Shown here in pieces: positions 48,569-58,588 of a DNA stretch of 64,000 nt (positions are counted from its first letter, which is position 1; every line of letters begins with the position of its first letter). The position numbers and the translations under genes are program-made. Location: IMG/VR virus record IMGVR_UViG_3300030616_000017, positions 32,001-96,000 of that record; one strand, 5' to 3'. The DNA is from a virus. The notes beneath the pieces were generated by a model. That model was not told where the DNA came from. It did not search any database and saw nothing but the letters and a program-made list of their open reading frames with translations.

Positions 48569-50176
48569 ATGAATGCTCAAAAAAATAAAACTATTTTAGA
48601 AAAGTTTCCTGGTGTAAGTGGTTTTGATTTTACTTCCAATAAAGTAGCTCTTAATCATGGGGGCCGGAACTGGGTTTCAAAAAACTTCAAAAATATTACT
48701 CCTAAATTGCTGAAAAAACATTTCAGCGGGGAGCAAACTATGGCCCTACCTAAATACCCTCATTCTAAATATTTGATCTTTGACATAGACCAGAGAAGTC
48801 AATTAAAAACAGTAAGGGTAAAAAAAATAGTCGATCAAATTATAAAAGATTTTGGATTTCCTTTTTATATAGAGCGCTCTTCACAAACAGGCAATTATCA
48901 TTTATACTATGAGATGGAAGAGTACTTATCTAAAAAAGGAATAAGCGCCCTTCTCGATTATTATGGAAAAAATTATGGATATATAATAGAAGTAGTTCAT
49001 GATCGTAAGGTTATGAGGCTACCTTTCTCATCTCCCTACCAGCAAAAGGCATTTACTTACAAGAATGAAAAAATAGAAGAGGTAGAGAGGCTTCTTGAAG
49101 TGTTTGCTTCTCATGAGCTTTCTCCCCTGCCTTCTTGGTTAAAAAAAGAAAACACATTTGGAGACCCTATTTCTAAAAGAAGGGATGTAAACAAAGACGG
49201 GGGCAAAGATAAAGTGTCTCCTCATTTATTTTACGGGGCCGGAGACAGGCATGAAAAACAACCTCGTATTGGCCTTGAAACCATAAGACTTTACGGCCCG
49301 GAAAGAGAAAGGTTTTATGAGTTGTGTGAATACTACAACGACGGCACCTCTAAAGATATGAAAAAAAATCTTTATGAAAGAAATCAAATCTTGGATAAGG
49401 TTTGGGACTGGTGCTTAACCCATTATGATGATTCTCTTACCTTTGAGAAAACAGAAGAGGGTATGATAGTAGATTATTACGGGAATTTTAAGTTCCTTAA
49501 TAAAAGTGAATTCTCATTTGATGACGAAGAATACAAAAAACTTGAAAAAATTCTAACTTTCTTTTTTAGGAGAAACAAAATAGGAAAGATAAATAGCAAA
49601 TATGAAAAGAGATTTATATTAGACGCTATTATCTTATTAGAGGCAGCGGAAAGCAAAAGATTGTATGATGAGGAAACCAACGCCCATTATTCTAAAGAGG
49701 AATTTTCTAAGTTCTCTAATGCAACTTTACTAACTCATAATCTAAAGAAAAATATAGCCAAATTCTATAAAATTAAAAATGGGATTAAGGTGTGGAGATT
49801 TTTAGAAAGTATCAGAGCTATCACCCCCGTATATATTGGGAAGTACACTCATTCGTATAAAGGAACAAAAAGATTCGGCAAGCATTACCGAATTAAAAGA
49901 GTCTCCCATCTCTATAATAGGTATATGAGAATTAGGAAAAACCACCAAAATCTAAAAAATCTCAAACGTACTCCTATTATTTATAATTATATTAATAAAA
50001 ATATTAATATTAATAATATTAATTCTCTTAGAGAGAGGAAGAAAAACAATATAAATTATAGTACCAACTTTTTGTTACAAGGAAAATCCTTAGATGAAAG
50101 ATTGGAGGCTGTACGCAAATGGAAGAAGACAAAACCTAAGGCTTATTTAAGAGCTTTAAGAAAAAAAGCGTTATAG
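48569..50176 (+). CDS. AEP-superfamily primase/replication initiator
   Basis: Motif I YLIFDID, motif II SS.TGNYHLY, motif III-like RLPF; basic C-terminus. Confidence 0.7.
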   Translation: MNAQKNKTILEKFPGVSGFDFTSNKVALNHGGRNWVSKNFKNITPKLLKKHFSGEQTMALPKYPHSKYLIFDIDQRSQLKTVRVKKIVDQIIKDFGFPFYIERSSQTGNYHLYYEMEEYLSKKGISALLDYYGKNYGYIIEVVHDRKVMRLPFSSPYQQKAFTYKNEKIEEVERLLEVFASHELSPLPSWLKKENTFGDPISKRRDVNKDGGKDKVSPHLFYGAGDRHEKQPRIGLETIRLYGPERERFYELCEYYNDGTSKDMKKNLYERNQILDKVWDWCLTHYDDSLTFEKTEEGMIVDYYGNFKFLNKSEFSFDDEEYKKLEKILTFFFRRNKIGKINSKYEKRFILDAIILLEAAESKRLYDEETNAHYSKEEFSKFSNATLLTHNLKKNIAKFYKIKNGIKVWRFLESIRAITPVYIGKYTHSYKGTKRFGKHYRIKRVSHLYNRYMRIRKNHQNLKNLKRTPIIYNYINKNININNINSLRERKKNNINYSTNFLLQGKSLDERLEAVRKWKKTKPKAYLRALRKKAL

Positions 50177-50178
50177 AA

Positions 50179-50207
50179 GTTACTTATTGAGTTTTTTAGG
50201 TTATATT
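50179..50207 (+). promoter_or_regulatory. Early/middle promoter GTTACT-17-TATATT
   Basis: Recurring motif upstream of the SSB gene. Confidence 0.6.
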
Positions 50208-50269
50208 ATAGTGTGAACAGATAAGCTATCGGTTATAGCTTTGTATATTTCTATTAGGAGGTTGTACTA

Positions 50270-51595
50270 GTGAGTAGTACCGAAGACATTTTTCAAGCTG
50301 CGCTAAAGAACAGGCAGCAGGAGAGATCAAATCAAAACAATTATGGATTTGACTCAGCATTTGAACAGCCGGAATACACGGCTCTGGAAGCGAATGAGTT
50401 TAAGCTTCTTCGTTTTCTAGGAGAACCTATTTCAGTGAGAAAGGACCCTACTTCTCCTTCTCTTATCTTTCATTCTTTTATTGCAGGAGACGATGGGAAG
50501 AATTTTCGCTGCGTCTGGCCCGATAAGAAAGCTCAGCCGGATTGGCTTCTTTGGAAGATTTACAACAAGGTAATGGCGTACGATTGGGATAAGGACAGTC
50601 AGGTGCCCCGCTATCATCACAGCACCTCTCATCCTGATCTTTTTAACAGGGTCGCAAAAAACAACAAGATTGACAACAAGTATGAAACAGGGTGGAGACC
50701 TACTTCTTATGTTCTGTGGAATGTAATTGACAGGGCCGAGAAGGTGTATAATGGTTTTCATAAGGAACAAAAGAAAACACTTCTTCTTTCTAAGAAAGGA
50801 AGTCCTACTCAGTCTGGCTCCATGTTTTATTTGCCCGGTGTTCCTGTTTCTCTTTACAACATTATTCTTGATGAGATAGTGGAGATTAACGGGGATTGGA
50901 ATAAGTACGATATTTTTGTTACCAAGATGCAGCAAGACCCTTGGTACAAGGCTTATCATGCTGTAGATGATTTCAAAAAAGTATCTGCACGCTTAAACGA
51001 TGAGGCCACTATGAGAGCTATGGGATATGATCCTTCTGTTGCAGAGAGACCTCTCACCGAAGAAGAACTTACGTGGGAGAGATACAATATCGATAAGATG
51101 TTCCCCCTTACTTCGTATAGAAAGATTCATAATCGTCTTGGCGTTTTTATTCAGTCTGTAGATAAAGCTTTCGGAACTCATTTTTATGAAGAGCTGGAAA
51201 CTCTGAAAGAGAAAGAAATTGCGGAACAGCCAGAAAAAGAAGAAAGAACCCCAAGCAGGTCTGCTACGCCCTCTCCTTCACCGCAGCCTGAAGCTTCCAC
51301 AGATGAGGCTCCTGCACCAGAAAAAGCAGAAGCCAGGCCAAGACCGAGACGTACCCCTCCTGTAGAGGGGCAACTCAAAGAACCCAGCTTTGATGAAATT
51401 GCCAAGGAGAACAATTTTGTAGGAATGGACAAACTCACAGAAGAGATGAAAGCAATGATTACAGGGTACGATGATACTAAAGGCACATTCACCTACAGAA
51501 CCGATGAAACTGTGTATAGTTGCGTCGACGAAAACTGTACTATGGAGTCCCCCGAATCATTTACTCATTGTCCGAAATGCGGCGCTGAATTTTAA
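50270..51595 (+). CDS. ssDNA-binding protein (gp32-like) with C-terminal zinc ribbon
   Basis: LRFLG, NVIDR, YDI.VTK, Pro/acidic linker, C..C...CPKCG. Confidence 0.65.
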   Translation: MSSTEDIFQAALKNRQQERSNQNNYGFDSAFEQPEYTALEANEFKLLRFLGEPISVRKDPTSPSLIFHSFIAGDDGKNFRCVWPDKKAQPDWLLWKIYNKVMAYDWDKDSQVPRYHHSTSHPDLFNRVAKNNKIDNKYETGWRPTSYVLWNVIDRAEKVYNGFHKEQKKTLLLSKKGSPTQSGSMFYLPGVPVSLYNIILDEIVEINGDWNKYDIFVTKMQQDPWYKAYHAVDDFKKVSARLNDEATMRAMGYDPSVAERPLTEEELTWERYNIDKMFPLTSYRKIHNRLGVFIQSVDKAFGTHFYEELETLKEKEIAEQPEKEERTPSRSATPSPSPQPEASTDEAPAPEKAEARPRPRRTPPVEGQLKEPSFDEIAKENNFVGMDKLTEEMKAMITGYDDTKGTFTYRTDETVYSCVDENCTMESPESFTHCPKCGAEF

Positions 51596-51621
51596 GATAA
51601 GATTTTTTAGATAATTTAAAT

Positions 51622-51665
51622 GCAGGGTACCGAAATGAAAATATTTTTGGTATCCTGCTTTTTTT
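51622..51665 (+). terminator. Rho-independent terminator
   Basis: GCAGGGTACCGAAA/TTTGGTATCCTGC stem plus T7. Confidence 0.8.
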
Positions 51666-51683
51666 ATTGACTAATAAAAATAG

Positions 51684-52193
51684 ATGAAAGAAAAAGATTT
51701 AAATACAGTGATAAATAATTCATTTAAGTGTTTGGGCTTTTCACATAAGATTTCAGATCCTATGGGAGGACAAGGAAGTCAAAATCCGTTTGATGGTTTT
51801 TCTGTATGTTTCGACCAGGCCTGGTACTGGGAAAGCAAGTTAATTAAAGAGGGCTACTACGCCTTTAATTTTAATAAAATAGAAGAACATCAGTGGGGGA
51901 ATCTCCTGCGTATCAAAAAAGAGATGCCAACCGCTAACTGTGTGATTATTGTAGGGTTTTGGGCTTCCAGATCTTTTTTTGAGTATTTGGTATTTGATGT
52001 TGTTTGTTTGTGGAAAATGAAGAATCAAGGTCAAAAATCAATTAAGAAAACAGAGTTGGAGAAGTTGCGAAAAAAAGGATATAATATGATTATTAAAAAG
52101 AATAAAAACACTAACAAGCTTATGACAGAGAACATGGAAGCAATACAAAATAAAATTATCACGTGCGAGGTGTTACAACATGCAGATAGTTAA
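51684..52193 (+). CDS. RecU-like Holliday junction resolvase
   Basis: P.D, E.K, I.EHQ...L; late-like GACTAATAAAAA upstream. Confidence 0.7.
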   Translation: MKEKDLNTVINNSFKCLGFSHKISDPMGGQGSQNPFDGFSVCFDQAWYWESKLIKEGYYAFNFNKIEEHQWGNLLRIKKEMPTANCVIIVGFWASRSFFEYLVFDVVCLWKMKNQGQKSIKKTELEKLRKKGYNMIIKKNKNTNKLMTENMEAIQNKIITCEVLQHADS

Positions 52194-53022
52194 TACGAAA
52201 AAAACTACGAAACAAGGGGTGCTCTATTACCGCACTTGTGCCTATTGCGGCAATGTAGTCACTTATTACCACACAAACAAACCCACCCACTGCCCCTATT
52301 GTGGAGCTTCTAAGTTTGTAAAACCAAAAACAGAAACAACACTTTTTCTTCTTCAAAAGAAGTATTTTGATTCGGGAAGAGACCCCGCCGTTCTAGCTGA
52401 GTTATATAAAAAAATGAAACCGTATACTATTAGTCTTATAAAAAAAGGTCCCCTAAAAAACTTTTATTATGAATATGATGATCTGGACATTAAAGCTTCT
52501 GAAGCTACAAGTCTTGTGATAGAATACTATTTGGCCAAGCCCGCATTTAAGATAGAAAGTTCTTTCGGAGGTTATTTAAATTATAAAATTAAAGAAGTGT
52601 TTTACAATAAGGTCGACCAAAAAGAAGATCAAATGTTATCTCTAAATGGGCTGATTCCCAATCAAGAAGGTAAAACCAAAGAAGTACAAGACCTATCTAT
52701 GCAAATGAACCTCCAACCTATTTTTTACGACGAAAATAAACACCTTCGATACGAAAGGAATAAAAAAGAAGTATTGGAGGGAGTATATAAAATAATCGAT
52801 TTAATTTACAATACAGCGAGACAAGAATTGTCGGTTAAAGATGCAACCTTCGTAATACTAGGTATTTTAATAAGGGTGCAGAAAGATGGTTTAAGAAACA
52901 TAGATGCATATTACCATTTATTTGGCAGCAAATACAAAAAACACGTAGATAAGGCTCTCCTATTTCTTTATGAATTTATTAAGGAGAGCGAACAACACCA
53001 TGAGGAATGGGATCATGAATAA
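52180..53022 (+). CDS. Zinc-ribbon plus sigma region-2-like protein (candidate late sigma factor)
   Basis: CAYC/CPYC; L.ELY..M......I, DDL, F....SF..Y....I, SLN; no obvious region-4 HTH. Confidence 0.5.
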   Translation: MQIVNTKKTTKQGVLYYRTCAYCGNVVTYYHTNKPTHCPYCGASKFVKPKTETTLFLLQKKYFDSGRDPAVLAELYKKMKPYTISLIKKGPLKNFYYEYDDLDIKASEATSLVIEYYLAKPAFKIESSFGGYLNYKIKEVFYNKVDQKEDQMLSLNGLIPNQEGKTKEVQDLSMQMNLQPIFYDENKHLRYERNKKEVLEGVYKIIDLIYNTARQELSVKDATFVILGILIRVQKDGLRNIDAYYHLFGSKYKKHVDKALLFLYEFIKESEQHHEEWDHE

Positions 53023-53467
53023 CAAAGAAGAAAAAAGAGAATATAAAAATGTTTGGGAATATAGAGTAAAAGAATATTTCAGAAAAAAAGAAAAACAACA
53101 CCAAAATAATTCTTCCACCATACTGTGGGAGATTGTTAATTTGGTTCTTTACGAAAGCACCAAAGATCGACTATTGGTGGACTTGTACAATGTATTAGAC
53201 AAAGAGAATTTTGTAAAAGTTATTTCCCTTCTCGACGGCCGTACTTTCAAATGCCCTACTAAAAAAGAGTTAGAAGAAACCCTTTTACTAGCTTTGTTGT
53301 ATTACGAGAGGGAGGTAGAGCATAAGAGTTGGGGGGAAATACAAAAGACATTCGACTTCCCCGTCTCGTCTATTAAGTATGGTATAAGGATTAAAAATCT
53401 AAACAACTGGATTAAACAAAAAATACAAGAGTTGATACGAGCTCAAGTAGGAGAAAGCAATGGATGA
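53015..53467 (+). CDS. Mor-like HTH transcription factor
   Basis: F.K.I.L.DG.TF..P plus C-terminal HTH-like SWGEIQKTF; start moved to MNNKE. Confidence 0.5.
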   Translation: MNNKEEKREYKNVWEYRVKEYFRKKEKQHQNNSSTILWEIVNLVLYESTKDRLLVDLYNVLDKENFVKVISLLDGRTFKCPTKKELEETLLLALLYYEREVEHKSWGEIQKTFDFPVSSIKYGIRIKNLNNWIKQKIQELIRAQVGESNG

Positions 53468-53921
53468 AGAAACTAAACAAGAGACACAAGAACTTATAAA
53501 TACACTGAAAAATAAAGATATAGCAGAGGAAATTAAAACCGTCCAAGCGCAAAGTCCTGTGCAGCAATTGAGAGAAAGTTTATTTAACTTTTTTGACAGC
53601 CGATTAAAGGCTATCGAGAAAGAAGACGATTTCCTCCGGGTGGTGAGGGAAGCCCTGATAGCTAAGGTAGAAACAGATGAGATGTCTACCGCCCAACTTA
53701 TGCAACTTTTTAATCAAATTAAAAATCAAAGCAGCAAGTCATTAGAAGTATTACTAAATGCATTTAAGCCAACCGAAGGGGATTCTACTATTATGGGGTC
53801 TAGTTCTCACCCGGATACAGATAGAGCTATTGAGGAATTCAATAATCTTTCCCCCGATCAAAAAGATAATCTGAATAAGATTGCTAATCTGTTGGAGATT
53901 ATGAAACAAAGTAGCGAATAG
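53460..53921 (+). CDS. Hypothetical helical protein
   Basis: ORF with RBS overlapping the upstream gene. Confidence 0.6.
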   Translation: MDEETKQETQELINTLKNKDIAEEIKTVQAQSPVQQLRESLFNFFDSRLKAIEKEDDFLRVVREALIAKVETDEMSTAQLMQLFNQIKNQSSKSLEVLLNAFKPTEGDSTIMGSSSHPDTDRAIEEFNNLSPDQKDNLNKIANLLEIMKQSSE

Positions 53922-53924
53922 TAC

Positions 53925-53953
53925 TTTACTATTCACAATAAAGTAGTTATATT
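53925..53953 (+). promoter_or_regulatory. Early/middle promoter TTTACT-17-TATATT (leaderless transcript)
   Basis: ATG lies 8 bp after the -10 box, with no RBS. Confidence 0.7.
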
Positions 53954-53960
53954 ATATAAG

Positions 53961-54539
53961 ATGTTACCATATTTATCATACAAAGATTATACTGAATTTT
54001 ACAATAGGAATGGGCGTACGGTTGACCAAATGGTTAAACCCAAGAACCCACTTAGCGAAAGGCAACTCCATTCGAAATACGAAAAGTATTTGAAAAAGTT
54101 GGATAAGCAAACCGCTAAGATAGAAAGGGGTATGAAAAAATCTCTTAAACCCTCTAAGACTAAGATTGACGAGGCGTGGAAAAAAGTAGCCACTAAAGTG
54201 AGAAGAAGAGATAGAGTATGCCAACTTTGGCCTCGTCTCTTCGCTAATGAGCAGAACGAAGTAATAACATCTACTGGCTATTTTTTACTAGACATTACAG
54301 ATCCTGCTCACATTTTTAGTAGAGGTTCGTACCCCCATATGAAATATGACGAAGAAAATGTAGTATTGTTATCACGTCTTTTTCATAGCCGCATTGATCA
54401 ACTCCAAGATCCTGTTACAGGAGAGTCAATTAGCCCTGAAGAAAGGCAACAGTGGTGGATACGCATTGTAGGTAAAAATCGTTACGACAAATTATATAAC
54501 AAAGCTCACAAGAAGGAAAAAGAGGAAACGAATGGCTAA
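53961..54539 (+). CDS. HNH/NinG-like nuclease
   Basis: V..RD..C, DPAHIFSR, D.EN...L...H. Confidence 0.65.
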   Translation: MLPYLSYKDYTEFYNRNGRTVDQMVKPKNPLSERQLHSKYEKYLKKLDKQTAKIERGMKKSLKPSKTKIDEAWKKVATKVRRRDRVCQLWPRLFANEQNEVITSTGYFLLDITDPAHIFSRGSYPHMKYDEENVVLLSRLFHSRIDQLQDPVTGESISPEERQQWWIRIVGKNRYDKLYNKAHKKEKEETNG

Positions 54540-55665
54540 AAGACCAAAAAAAGAACAAGAAGCAACTACACCCGATGTAACAAAAGAATTAAATTCACTT
54601 ATGAATTCAATTAACAAAGCTTACGGAGATGGCATAGTACAAATAGGCGAAAGCGTAATGAATCAAAAAGTGGAAAGATGGGAAATTGATTCTCCGAACG
54701 TGTCTTATGTGTTAGGAGGAGGAATTCCTAAAGGACGTATTATAGAGTTGTACGGGCCGGAGAGTTCTGGCAAAACAACATTAGCTACTTTTATGGCCGC
54801 TCAGATTCAGCAGAGAGGTGGAAAAGTAGCTGTTATAGACGCTGAACATGGTTTCGATATGGAGTATGCAGAAACGCTCGGCTTGAAAAAAGAAGAGGTA
54901 GTTTTCTCTCAACCCAGCTCAGGAGAGCAAGCCCTCAATGTTACACAAAAAATGGCTGAATCCGGTTTAATCGATTTTATCGTTATAGATTCTGTTGCTG
55001 CTCTCACGCCCGAAGCAGAAATTGCAGGAGAAATGGGCGACCAGACTATGGGTCTTCAAGCTCGTTTGATGGGGAGAGCTTTAAGAAAACTCATCGCTGT
55101 TTGCAACGAAACAAAAACTACTCTTTGTTTTATTAACCAAATCAGAATGAAAATCGGGGTATTGTATGGTAACCCCGAAACCACTCCTGGAGGCAAAGCC
55201 CTCAAATTCTACAGTTCTGTTCGTCTTGAAATCCGTAAAGTAGAGTGGATCAAAGAGAAACAAGAAGTAATAGGAGTTACTTCTCGTGTAAAGGGGGCTA
55301 AGAATAAAGTAGCACCTCCTTTTAGAAAAGCGGAAATAAATATTATTTTTGGAAAAGGACTGCAATACGAAATGGAATACGTAGACCATGCCATCACCTA
55401 CGACATTGTAAAGAAAGGAGGGGCGTGGTATAGTGTATTTGATGAAAAGGGGGAATTCATAGATAAGTTTCAAGGCAAAGACAATCTTGTGGCTTATCTA
55501 AAAGAGAACGATGATGTATTCTCTCTCATCAAAGAACAAACTAAAAAAGCTATTGCAGGTAAGGTTATTAACGAGGTAGAGGAGGAAGAAAATGAACAAG
55601 CATTTGAAACCGATGAAATCGATTCCAATAGACTACAAGAAGATGGCTTACAATCAACTGATTGA
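54532..55665 (+). CDS. recA: RecA recombinase
   Basis: GGIPKGRIIELYGPESSGKTT, IDSVAAL, FINQIRMKIG, PGGKALKFY. Confidence 0.98.
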   Translation: MAKRPKKEQEATTPDVTKELNSLMNSINKAYGDGIVQIGESVMNQKVERWEIDSPNVSYVLGGGIPKGRIIELYGPESSGKTTLATFMAAQIQQRGGKVAVIDAEHGFDMEYAETLGLKKEEVVFSQPSSGEQALNVTQKMAESGLIDFIVIDSVAALTPEAEIAGEMGDQTMGLQARLMGRALRKLIAVCNETKTTLCFINQIRMKIGVLYGNPETTPGGKALKFYSSVRLEIRKVEWIKEKQEVIGVTSRVKGAKNKVAPPFRKAEINIIFGKGLQYEMEYVDHAITYDIVKKGGAWYSVFDEKGEFIDKFQGKDNLVAYLKENDDVFSLIKEQTKKAIAGKVINEVEEEENEQAFETDEIDSNRLQEDGLQSTD

Positions 55666-55759
55666 GGTTATCTATTACAGCCAGTTGGAATTAGAAGAAA
55701 GGGGAACCAAAACCTCTTGTAAGGAAAACTCGCTAAGACAAAAATATATAAGACAATAA
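55643..55759 (+). CDS. Possible 38-aa small protein (MAYNQLIEV...)
   Basis: Open frame filling the recA-mazG gap; weak RBS. Confidence 0.3.
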   Translation: MAYNQLIEVIYYSQLELEERGTKTSCKENSLRQKYIRQ

Positions 55760-55775
55760 AAGGAGTACAACAATA

Positions 55776-56162
55776 ATGGATTGGAGTGAATATCAGGAAG
55801 GTACAACAGCAACAGCCATGTTTAAGAATTCTGTAAAGGATATTATTCTTTTTGATAGAGAGGAAGGACAGAGCAATCAGAGAGTATTGAATTCCTTAGA
55901 GTTAAGTTACATAGGCCTAGGTTTAGGAGAAGTAGGAGAAATTCAGAATAAGCTTAAAAAGATTATTCGTGATGATAAAGGGATTATTAGAGAAGAGGTC
56001 CGCAAGGATTTGTTAAAAGAAGCAGGAGACGCTCTTTATTATCTTACACAATTAGTTGATAAGCTTGGAGGAACATTAGAAGAAACAGCTCAGGATAATC
56101 ATGATAAACTTTTTTCACGAATGGATAGAGGGGTTATTCAGGGTTCTGGTGATAATAGATAA
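55776..56162 (+). CDS. MazG-like NTP pyrophosphohydrolase
   Basis: GE.GE...K.KK, E.GD.LYY, N..KL..R..RG.I.GSGDNR. Confidence 0.88.
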   Translation: MDWSEYQEGTTATAMFKNSVKDIILFDREEGQSNQRVLNSLELSYIGLGLGEVGEIQNKLKKIIRDDKGIIREEVRKDLLKEAGDALYYLTQLVDKLGGTLEETAQDNHDKLFSRMDRGVIQGSGDNR

Positions 56163-56179
56163 AAAGTATAAGGAGTAGT

Positions 56180-58486
56180 ATGGTGGAGAAGTTTACGTTC
56201 AAGCAGAACATAAGTGAAGAAATATTTGAACAAAAATATAATCTGTATAATCAAGCAACTGTAGAAGATGTCATGGAGAGCGTTGCTGAAGAAGTGGCTT
56301 TAGCAGAAGAAACAAAAGAAGATGTGGAAAAATGGAAAAGTGTTTTTTATGATGAGTTAATAAGTACGCGATTAATCCCTGCAGGCCGTATTCTTGCGAA
56401 TGCAAGACCTTTTTCCACCATGAAAAATTACAACAATTGTTTTACCATTGATGTAGAAGATAATATGGAGGGAATTTATCAATCCATCTATGAAGATGCT
56501 ATGATAAGTAGAACAGGAGGAGGAGTAGGGTTTGATATTTCTAAATTACGCCCCAAAAATTCTCCTCTTTCTAAGTTACAGGGGGCTGTCAGTTCTGGTC
56601 CTATGTCTTTTCTGCGTATTTTTAACGAAAGTGCTAAAATTATTCAGACAGGGGGTTATAGAAGAAGTGCTCATATAGCCCTTATGGATATTTCTCACCC
56701 AGATATTGAAGAATTCATTACTGCTAAAAGAGGAGATATAAATAAAGAGTTTACTCAGTTTAATATATCTGTAAAAATACCAGACGCTTTTATGAAAGCG
56801 GTAAAAGATGATGCAGATTGGGATTTAGAGTTTGAAGGAACGGTTTATAAAACAGTCAAAGCCCGCCATTTATACAAGCTTCTTTCTGATAACGCTTTTA
56901 TGCACAATGAACCCGGTGTATTTTATTCTGATACCGTTGAAAAGTATAATAACGGCTGGTGGGCATTTAAACTTGATCGTGTTAATCCCTGTGGCGAGAT
57001 CGTAATGCCTCCTTATTCACTCTGTTGTTTGAGCGCGGTTAATTTATCTCAATTTGTAAGAAACCCTTTCGAAAAGGAAGCCGCTTTTGATTACAAAGCT
57101 TATGCGGAAACAGTCCGAGTAGGAATTAGATTTTTAGATAATGTGTTGGAGCGCACAGATTATCCCCTTGAGCGAATTGAAGAGTTTTCAAAGGAATGGA
57201 GAAGAATAGGTTTAGGTATTACAGGCTTAGGAGATGCCTTTGCTATGCTAGGAATAAAGTATGGCAGTAAAGAATCTAAAATACTAGCTGAAGCGATTGC
57301 AGAAACGCATATGGTAGAGTCTTATACTACCAGTGTAGAGCTTGCTAAAGAAAAAGGGCCTTTTTTAGCTTGTGATAAGAAAAAGCTATCTCAAAGCGCC
57401 TTCATTACAAACAGACTTCCTGAAAGCTTGCAGAAGAAAATAGCAAAAGTGGGTTTAAGGAATATCGCTCTTAATACAATTGCACCTACCGGCACCATTT
57501 CTTTTTCTATAGGGCAGAACTGCAGTAGTGGAGTAGAACCCATCTTTTCTCTTCAGTATGATAGAAATATCAGAACAGGAAGAGGGGACGAAACAAGAAC
57601 AGAAACAGTGTATGATTATGCTTGGTTGAAATATATAGAGCATCTAGGAGAAAATCATTTAGAGTTTAATGGAGATGTTCCTGAGTTTTTTAATACGACG
57701 CTAAATATTGATCCTTATGACGCTATTGATATCCAAGCTATTTGGCAAACGTATATTGATCACTCTATCTCCAAAACTCTCAATTTACCCAAAGGAACTA
57801 AAAAAGCAGATTATGATAAACTTTTTGAGTATGCTTACGAAAAAGGTCTTAAAGGGTTTACAACATTTAATCCTGAAGGTTCTATGAAGGGCGTGCTAGA
57901 ATATAACGAAGCGAAAGAAGAGCAGGTAGATGAATTCGGCCGTCCGCTTACTATTAATAGAACTAATGCTCCAAAGCGCCCTAAAGAGCTACAATGTGAT
58001 ATGCATCAAATCGTAGTGAATAAAGAAAAACATTTGGTGTTAATAGGAAGATTAGACGATGGGTCTATTTATGAAGTATTTGTTACTCCTAATACCGACA
58101 ACCAAATTGACATAGGAACATATAAAAAAGGCCTGCTGAGAAAAGTAAAGAAAGGGCATTATCAGTTGGTTGTCGTGAATGGAGAAGAGAAGAAGATTAT
58201 TGAAGATATTGGAAAACAGTTTAATGAACTTTATGGCTCCCTCTCTCGTTTTATATCTATGGGGCTAAGGCATGGAATTGATCTTCAGTTTGTAATTACA
58301 CAGCTTCAAAAAGATACTTCTTTTGCTTCATTTGAAAAAGCTGTCGCAAGAGTGCTTAAAAAATATCTGAGAGAAGGAGAGAAGGTAAAAATCTCAGAGG
58401 CATGCCCCGTGTGTGATTCAACTAATCTCTTTTTCAAAGAAGGCTGTATGACTTGTGCTGATTGTGGGTGGTCAAAATGCAGTTAG
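56180..58486 (+). CDS. nrdJ: Class II (B12-dependent) ribonucleotide reductase
   Basis: PAGRIL, NCF, GGGVG, NPCGE, R.GLG.TG, IAPTGT, C-terminal CP.C...C..CGWSKC; no beta subunit nearby. Confidence 0.92.
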   Translation: MVEKFTFKQNISEEIFEQKYNLYNQATVEDVMESVAEEVALAEETKEDVEKWKSVFYDELISTRLIPAGRILANARPFSTMKNYNNCFTIDVEDNMEGIYQSIYEDAMISRTGGGVGFDISKLRPKNSPLSKLQGAVSSGPMSFLRIFNESAKIIQTGGYRRSAHIALMDISHPDIEEFITAKRGDINKEFTQFNISVKIPDAFMKAVKDDADWDLEFEGTVYKTVKARHLYKLLSDNAFMHNEPGVFYSDTVEKYNNGWWAFKLDRVNPCGEIVMPPYSLCCLSAVNLSQFVRNPFEKEAAFDYKAYAETVRVGIRFLDNVLERTDYPLERIEEFSKEWRRIGLGITGLGDAFAMLGIKYGSKESKILAEAIAETHMVESYTTSVELAKEKGPFLACDKKKLSQSAFITNRLPESLQKKIAKVGLRNIALNTIAPTGTISFSIGQNCSSGVEPIFSLQYDRNIRTGRGDETRTETVYDYAWLKYIEHLGENHLEFNGDVPEFFNTTLNIDPYDAIDIQAIWQTYIDHSISKTLNLPKGTKKADYDKLFEYAYEKGLKGFTTFNPEGSMKGVLEYNEAKEEQVDEFGRPLTINRTNAPKRPKELQCDMHQIVVNKEKHLVLIGRLDDGSIYEVFVTPNTDNQIDIGTYKKGLLRKVKKGHYQLVVVNGEEKKIIEDIGKQFNELYGSLSRFISMGLRHGIDLQFVITQLQKDTSFASFEKAVARVLKKYLREGEKVKISEACPVCDSTNLFFKEGCMTCADCGWSKCS

Positions 58487-58502
58487 TTTTTAAGATATTA
58501 GC

Positions 58503-58514
58503 TACTAATATAAA
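58503..58514 (+). promoter_or_regulatory. Putative late promoter TACTAATATAAA
   Basis: One-mismatch motif. Confidence 0.55.
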
Positions 58515-58559
58515 AATGGTAGACATTGTAGATCGGGATAATTTTTATTGACTCATTTT

Positions 58560-58588
58560 AATACCCCCTTCGTGGAGGTATTTTTTTT
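58560..58588 (+). terminator. Terminator-like hairpin between nrdJ and the permease gene
   Basis: AATACCCC...GGAGGTATT imperfect stem plus T8. Confidence 0.65.

Noticed and set aside
32037-58486. Inteins or introns in polA, helicase, recA or nrdJ
   Set aside because: Lengths are ordinary, motifs are contiguous, and no intein splice-junction or LAGLIDADG motifs were seen
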